A DNA stretch of 62,069 bases, the filler included, from Deltaproteobacteria bacterium (lineage in GTDB: Bacteria; JACQOV01), in the NCBI GenBank assembly GCA_016202395.1. It is 5 parts of 5 records of this genome, joined end to end, with 100 filler letters (N's around TTAATTAATTAA, not from the genome) between each part and the next. Parts side by side here need not be neighbours in the genome. Positions count along the whole stretch, not along the records: positions 58,149 to 62,069 come from JACQOV010000043.1; 4 more parts are not named here. One strand, 5' to 3'. How positions within the stretch are numbered: position 1 is the first letter of the stretch; the number at the start of each line of letters is the position of its first letter. Below are positions 58,347-62,069 of the stretch, in pieces. The notes under the pieces were generated by a model that was not told where the DNA came from, searched no databases, and saw only the letters and a program-made list of their open reading frames with translations. Made by a program: the position numbers and the translations under genes.

Positions 58347-59579
58347 TTATCCTAACTTTAGAAACGAAAGGGCTTCTTTGATGTGCTCATCTCCAGGAGA
58401 GGTTTTAACAGCGATATCGAGAATCTCCTTGGCCTTCTCCACCTCCCCTCGCTCTAACCAAGCACCCGCAAAAAGGAGCAAAGATTCTTTTGGAATCTCC
58501 CCCTCTTCCTCGTGGGCCCAATCCAAAACTTTGGTAGAGAAAAGGGGGTTCTCCGGAGCCAGTTGAAAAGCTCGATAGATCTGATCATAAGCCCGATCGG
58601 ATAAGCCATAGTCCCAACACAACTCCGCCTCCTGAAGATAAGAATCGATTTGCTTCTCTCTTTCACCATGATCGGTAGTCGCGGCGGGTACAGGAGTTTC
58701 AGAGGTTACGGACGCAGAAGAATCTGCTGAAATTTGTCTCCCCGACTCCATTTCATCAAACCACGATCGAACCTGGGTGATTTTATCGCTTCTCCCTTGC
58801 CCCTGGAGAGATTCGATCCATCTTTCAAGATGCTCAGTGGCTTCCTGCTTCTGCCCCAACTGAACATGGGCTTGAATCAAAGGCTCCATCACTCGGTCCT
58901 CAAGGATCCCTTCTCTCACCAGGCTCTCCAACCTCTCGATCCCCTCTTCAAACCTCCCCTCCTGGACTCGAACGGTTCCTAAAACACGCCTTCCCCAAAC
59001 ATCGGAAAGATCGTTCTCTAAACTACGCTCCGACCATTGAGCGAGCTCCGATTCACGACCTTGCTGCAACAGCATCTGTTCCAACCTCTCTAACTCCGCT
59101 TGTCGTTGAAGAGAGGGACCCGACTTCCCATAAAGGGTTGCAAGCTGAAAATGGGCCTCCACGCTCGAGGGATCTACCACAATCCATCGACGAACAATCT
59201 CTACCCCTAAATCCTCCTTCCCCTGGATCAAGGCGGTCGCGATCCCCTTTTTGAATTCCTCCTGCGCCTCATTCGGAAGAGAGCCCCTTTGAAGGAGTTC
59301 GCCCAATCGAAGATGGATCTCCGGCTCAGAGAGGCCCAGAGTCAAGAGTCGCCGTAAAACGGCAATGGCCTTCCCAAAAGAGGATTCCGTTACATACCGA
59401 TCCACCAGCTCACGCAGGTCGCCAACGGCCTCTTCGACCTGGCCTGCCGCAATCCGAAGATCGATTACTTTCAGCCGTAGACGATCGTCTCCAGGGCTCG
59501 CTTTGAGTTTCTCTTCATACATGGAAAGAAGAGATTTCTCTTCCTTCTTTTTCTTAGAAAACAACTTTTTGAAATCCAT
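58347..59579 (-). CDS. TPR-repeat protein
   Basis: Helical TPR-like repeats (PEIHLRLGELL, VDPSSVEAHFQLA, AFQLAPENP); start at ATG 59579. Confidence 0.75.
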   Translation of the reverse strand: MDFKKLFSKKKKEEKSLLSMYEEKLKASPGDDRLRLKVIDLRIAAGQVEEAVGDLRELVDRYVTESSFGKAIAVLRRLLTLGLSEPEIHLRLGELLQRGSLPNEAQEEFKKGIATALIQGKEDLGVEIVRRWIVVDPSSVEAHFQLATLYGKSGPSLQRQAELERLEQMLLQQGRESELAQWSERSLENDLSDVWGRRVLGTVRVQEGRFEEGIERLESLVREGILEDRVMEPLIQAHVQLGQKQEATEHLERWIESLQGQGRSDKITQVRSWFDEMESGRQISADSSASVTSETPVPAATTDHGEREKQIDSYLQEAELCWDYGLSDRAYDQIYRAFQLAPENPLFSTKVLDWAHEEEGEIPKESLLLFAGAWLERGEVEKAKEILDIAVKTSPGDEHIKEALSFLKLG

Positions 59580-60354
59580 TTTCTTCCTGAATGCGAAAAG
59601 ACTCTTGAATCTCTTGAGCCATCTTTTCTTCCTCAGCAGACGGCTCAGCCTCACAAAAACCGATTCCTAACATCTTCTCAAACCCTTGGCGAATTCTCAA
59701 AAAGATCGATTCTAAAGACGGGATCGTTTCAAGCTCTCCGCTCAAGGAGGTTACCCGCTGTTCCCAATGCTCTTTATCGCTTTCATCTAAACCGAAAAGA
59801 GGAATCAACGGTTCTACATTGGAACTCATGAGCAGGGAGCCCTGTTGCAAAAAACCTTGGCCATTTCGACGTTGAGCGCTTCCAATGAGTTTGCGATGAG
59901 CCACAACCACTTCCTGTGGCGTTGCTGTCAAAAAACAAGCTGCCCCCTCCTCTTTCATCTCGGCCCCCGAAAACTCTGCATGAATCCCCAAAGGATTCAA
60001 AGCCTCGATCAGACAACGACTGATCACTCGATAAGAACCCTCAATGGAATCCGGAAAATAAGGAGAACCTTTTGGAGCCGCCACTGAATAAGTGAATTCC
60101 CAATCATGATAGATCGCTTTTCCCCCCGTGGGACGCCAAACAACAGGGACATCTCGCCTTCGACATTCCTCCCAACAGAGATCCTCTAATGGATTTTGAC
60201 CGTAACCCAATGAGATCGTGGGTCTCTCCCAAAGATAGCAACGAAGTGTGGGTGGTTGCTCCTCTCGACACACCCCTTTCCAGATGGCTACATCGAGGGC
60301 CATATTCCATTCCCCGGAATAAGGCTGCGGCGGGATCAATCGCCATTTTTCCAT
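59554..60354 (-). CDS. Lipoate-protein ligase A / LipM-family protein
   Basis: NMALD, PTLRCYLW, ISLGYGQ, RPTGGKAIYH, KLIGSAQRR, LQQGSL. Confidence 0.9.
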   Translation of the reverse strand: MEKWRLIPPQPYSGEWNMALDVAIWKGVCREEQPPTLRCYLWERPTISLGYGQNPLEDLCWEECRRRDVPVVWRPTGGKAIYHDWEFTYSVAAPKGSPYFPDSIEGSYRVISRCLIEALNPLGIHAEFSGAEMKEEGAACFLTATPQEVVVAHRKLIGSAQRRNGQGFLQQGSLLMSSNVEPLIPLFGLDESDKEHWEQRVTSLSGELETIPSLESIFLRIRQGFEKMLGIGFCEAEPSAEEEKMAQEIQESFRIQEENGFQKVVF

Positions 60355-60364
60355 AATGATAATC

Positions 60365-60814
60365 CTAAAGAGCGCCTAAATGTTGTATTAATCCTTGCAA
60401 CCCAAGTAAATAACTCTGCTTCCCAAAACCGACCACTTGGCCTACCGCGGCATCCGAAAGATAAGAATGATGACGAAACTCCTCCCGTTTATAAACGTTC
60501 GAGAGATGAACCTCCACAAAAGCAACGCCAGAGGCAAGGAGCGCATCGCGCAAAGCCACCGAGGTATGCGTCAGCCCCGCCGGATTAATTAAAATCCCAT
60601 CGATGGAGTCTGGAGAATGAGAAATCTTATCGAGAATCTCTCCCTCGTGATTGGATTGAAAGGTCTCAAGCTGGGCTCCCAGTTTTTTTCCGAGCGCCTG
60701 CAATTCTTGGTTAATTTCTGCGAGAGTCACACGACCATAAACTTCCGGTTCTCGGGTCCCCAAAAGATGAAGATTAGGGCCATGAATCACCAACACACGA
60801 AACACCTTTTTCAT
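60365..60814 (-). CDS. aroQ: Type II 3-dehydroquinate dehydratase
   Basis: [39 protein letters not shown]. Confidence 0.97.
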   Translation of the reverse strand: MKKVFRVLVIHGPNLHLLGTREPEVYGRVTLAEINQELQALGKKLGAQLETFQSNHEGEILDKISHSPDSIDGILINPAGLTHTSVALRDALLASGVAFVEVHLSNVYKREEFRHHSYLSDAAVGQVVGFGKQSYLLGLQGLIQHLGAL

Positions 60815-60815
60815 A

Positions 60816-61913
60816 TTATTCTCCTGTCCAAAAATTCCATTCTTTTCGAACCGATGAAAAAGAGATGGGGATGACCTTTACTTCCCCCACTCTCTTTGCC
60901 AACAACATCCTTAGTTTGCCATCTCGAATCTTTTTGTCCAATCGAAGAGCTCTCTCGATCGCACTCCAGGAGACCCGAGGGGGATCGATGGGAAGGCCAA
61001 AGCCCTTCAATAACAACGAAACTCGGGGCAAGGTCGCTCTCGAGGTGATTCCCAAAGCCTCACCTAAACGGAGAGCAAAAATCATCCCCATCGAGATCGC
61101 CTCTCCATGCCGATAACGCTGATATCCGCCTGCCACTTCCATCGCATGCCCCAGGGTGTGCCCAAAGTTGAGGATGGAACGGATCCCCTTCGTCTCTCTT
61201 TCATCGAGACCCACCACTCTCGATTTGAAGCCGGCACAAACCTCAACCATGTGACGAAGTTTAGAGAGATCTCGACGCACAATCTCTCTTCGATGCGCCT
61301 CAAGCCACCCCAAGAAACCGAGCTCACCGATGACTCCATATTTTACAACCTCTGCCAACCCTGAACGAAACTCTCTCTCTGGCAGCGAAAGCAATGCCGC
61401 AACATCGATCCCAACCGCTCGTGGCTGAGCAAAAGTTCCAACCAAATTTTTCCCCACAGGAAGGTCGACTCCGGTCTTACCCCCAATGCTAGAATCAACC
61501 TGAGCGAGTAACGTCGTCGGAATCTGGACGTAAGGGACCCCCCTTAAATACGTGGAGGCAACGAATCCCGTCAAATCGCCAACCACTCCCCCTCCTAAAG
61601 CGACAAGTCCATCCCCCCGTTCCACACGAGCCTTGGCTAATTGACCGTAAAGACGACTCGCAGTTTGAACAGTCTTGAATCGCTCCCCGTTTGGGATGTA
61701 GAGCGGAGCCAACACCTTAGCCTTCCTCTTCAATCCCTTTTCAAACGATCGTCGAAAAGAGGGTGGGATCGATCGCTGTGTGACAACGACCCAACGTGAA
61801 ACCCGAACAAATTGAGCCATCGTCTCACCCAATCGATCGAGATCTCCACAAGTCACATAGAGCGGATAACTCCTCTCCCCCAACCTCACCCACTTTTCTA
61901 CTTTTATAACCAT
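60816..61913 (-). CDS. aroB: 3-dehydroquinate synthase
   Basis: [44 protein letters not shown]. Confidence 0.97.
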   Translation of the reverse strand: MVIKVEKWVRLGERSYPLYVTCGDLDRLGETMAQFVRVSRWVVVTQRSIPPSFRRSFEKGLKRKAKVLAPLYIPNGERFKTVQTASRLYGQLAKARVERGDGLVALGGGVVGDLTGFVASTYLRGVPYVQIPTTLLAQVDSSIGGKTGVDLPVGKNLVGTFAQPRAVGIDVAALLSLPEREFRSGLAEVVKYGVIGELGFLGWLEAHRREIVRRDLSKLRHMVEVCAGFKSRVVGLDERETKGIRSILNFGHTLGHAMEVAGGYQRYRHGEAISMGMIFALRLGEALGITSRATLPRVSLLLKGFGLPIDPPRVSWSAIERALRLDKKIRDGKLRMLLAKRVGEVKVIPISFSSVRKEWNFWTGE

Positions 61914-61933
61914 TTTACTCCAACCCAATCGGA

Positions 61934-61993
61934 CTGGATCCCCACTTCCGTGGGGATGACAATCACTGGATCCCCGTTTTCACGGGGATGACA
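61934..61993. repeat. Two tandem REP-like hairpins (family C)
   Basis: CTGGATCCCCAC-TTCC-GTGGGGATGACA and CTGGATCCCCGT-TTTC-ACGGGGATGACA; same family as 22769-22836. Confidence 0.85.
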
Positions 61994-62007
61994 CTGAAGA
62001 ATGTTCT

Positions 62008-62069
62008 TCTCGCTCACACAAGAAATTTTCGAGCCATCTAAGGGAGGTAGGTCTCTGAACGAGCGGTTC
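62008..62069. repeat. Family B element, partial
   Basis: 62042-62069 is the exact reverse complement of 8895-8922. Confidence 0.85.

Noticed and set aside
61934-61993. Possible CRISPR repeats
   Set aside because: Units are only a few nt apart and match the REP-like family at 22769-22836.

Overview
Bacterial chromosomal DNA. Gene content and order (pheS-pheT-ihfA-tRNA-Pro-surE, rpsF-rpsR-rplI-dnaB, sigma54-driven minor pilins) suggest a deltaproteobacterial-type genome bin; this taxonomy is inference. The window is five contigs joined by artificial 100-nt N/TTAATTAATTAA linkers (8923-9022, 16642-16741, 34717-34816, 58049-58148), so adjacency across linkers means nothing. Most of it is housekeeping: glp, pnt, gyrA, PBP1A, prs-rplY-pth-ychF, ribosomal proteins, dnaB, aminoacyl-tRNA synthetases, three tRNAs, tilS, fatty-acyl/malate genes and aroBQ. 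The parts worth a second look are: (1) a sigma54-type minor pilin operon ending in three tandem, apparently mosaic vWA-PilY1 paralogs; (2) a 124-bp palindromic element translated in frame inside the PilX prepilin leader, one of several palindromic repeat families that also enter other proteins and lie at most contig ends; (3) a translationally coupled cmoA plus membrane methyltransferase-like pair with no cmoB in view; (4) three unrecognised paralogous cysteine-patterned exported proteins behind sigma54 promoters; (5) two toxin-antitoxin-type pairs. No CRISPR array, transposase, integrase or reverse transcriptase was found. All calls are by-eye motif recognition; no searches were run.
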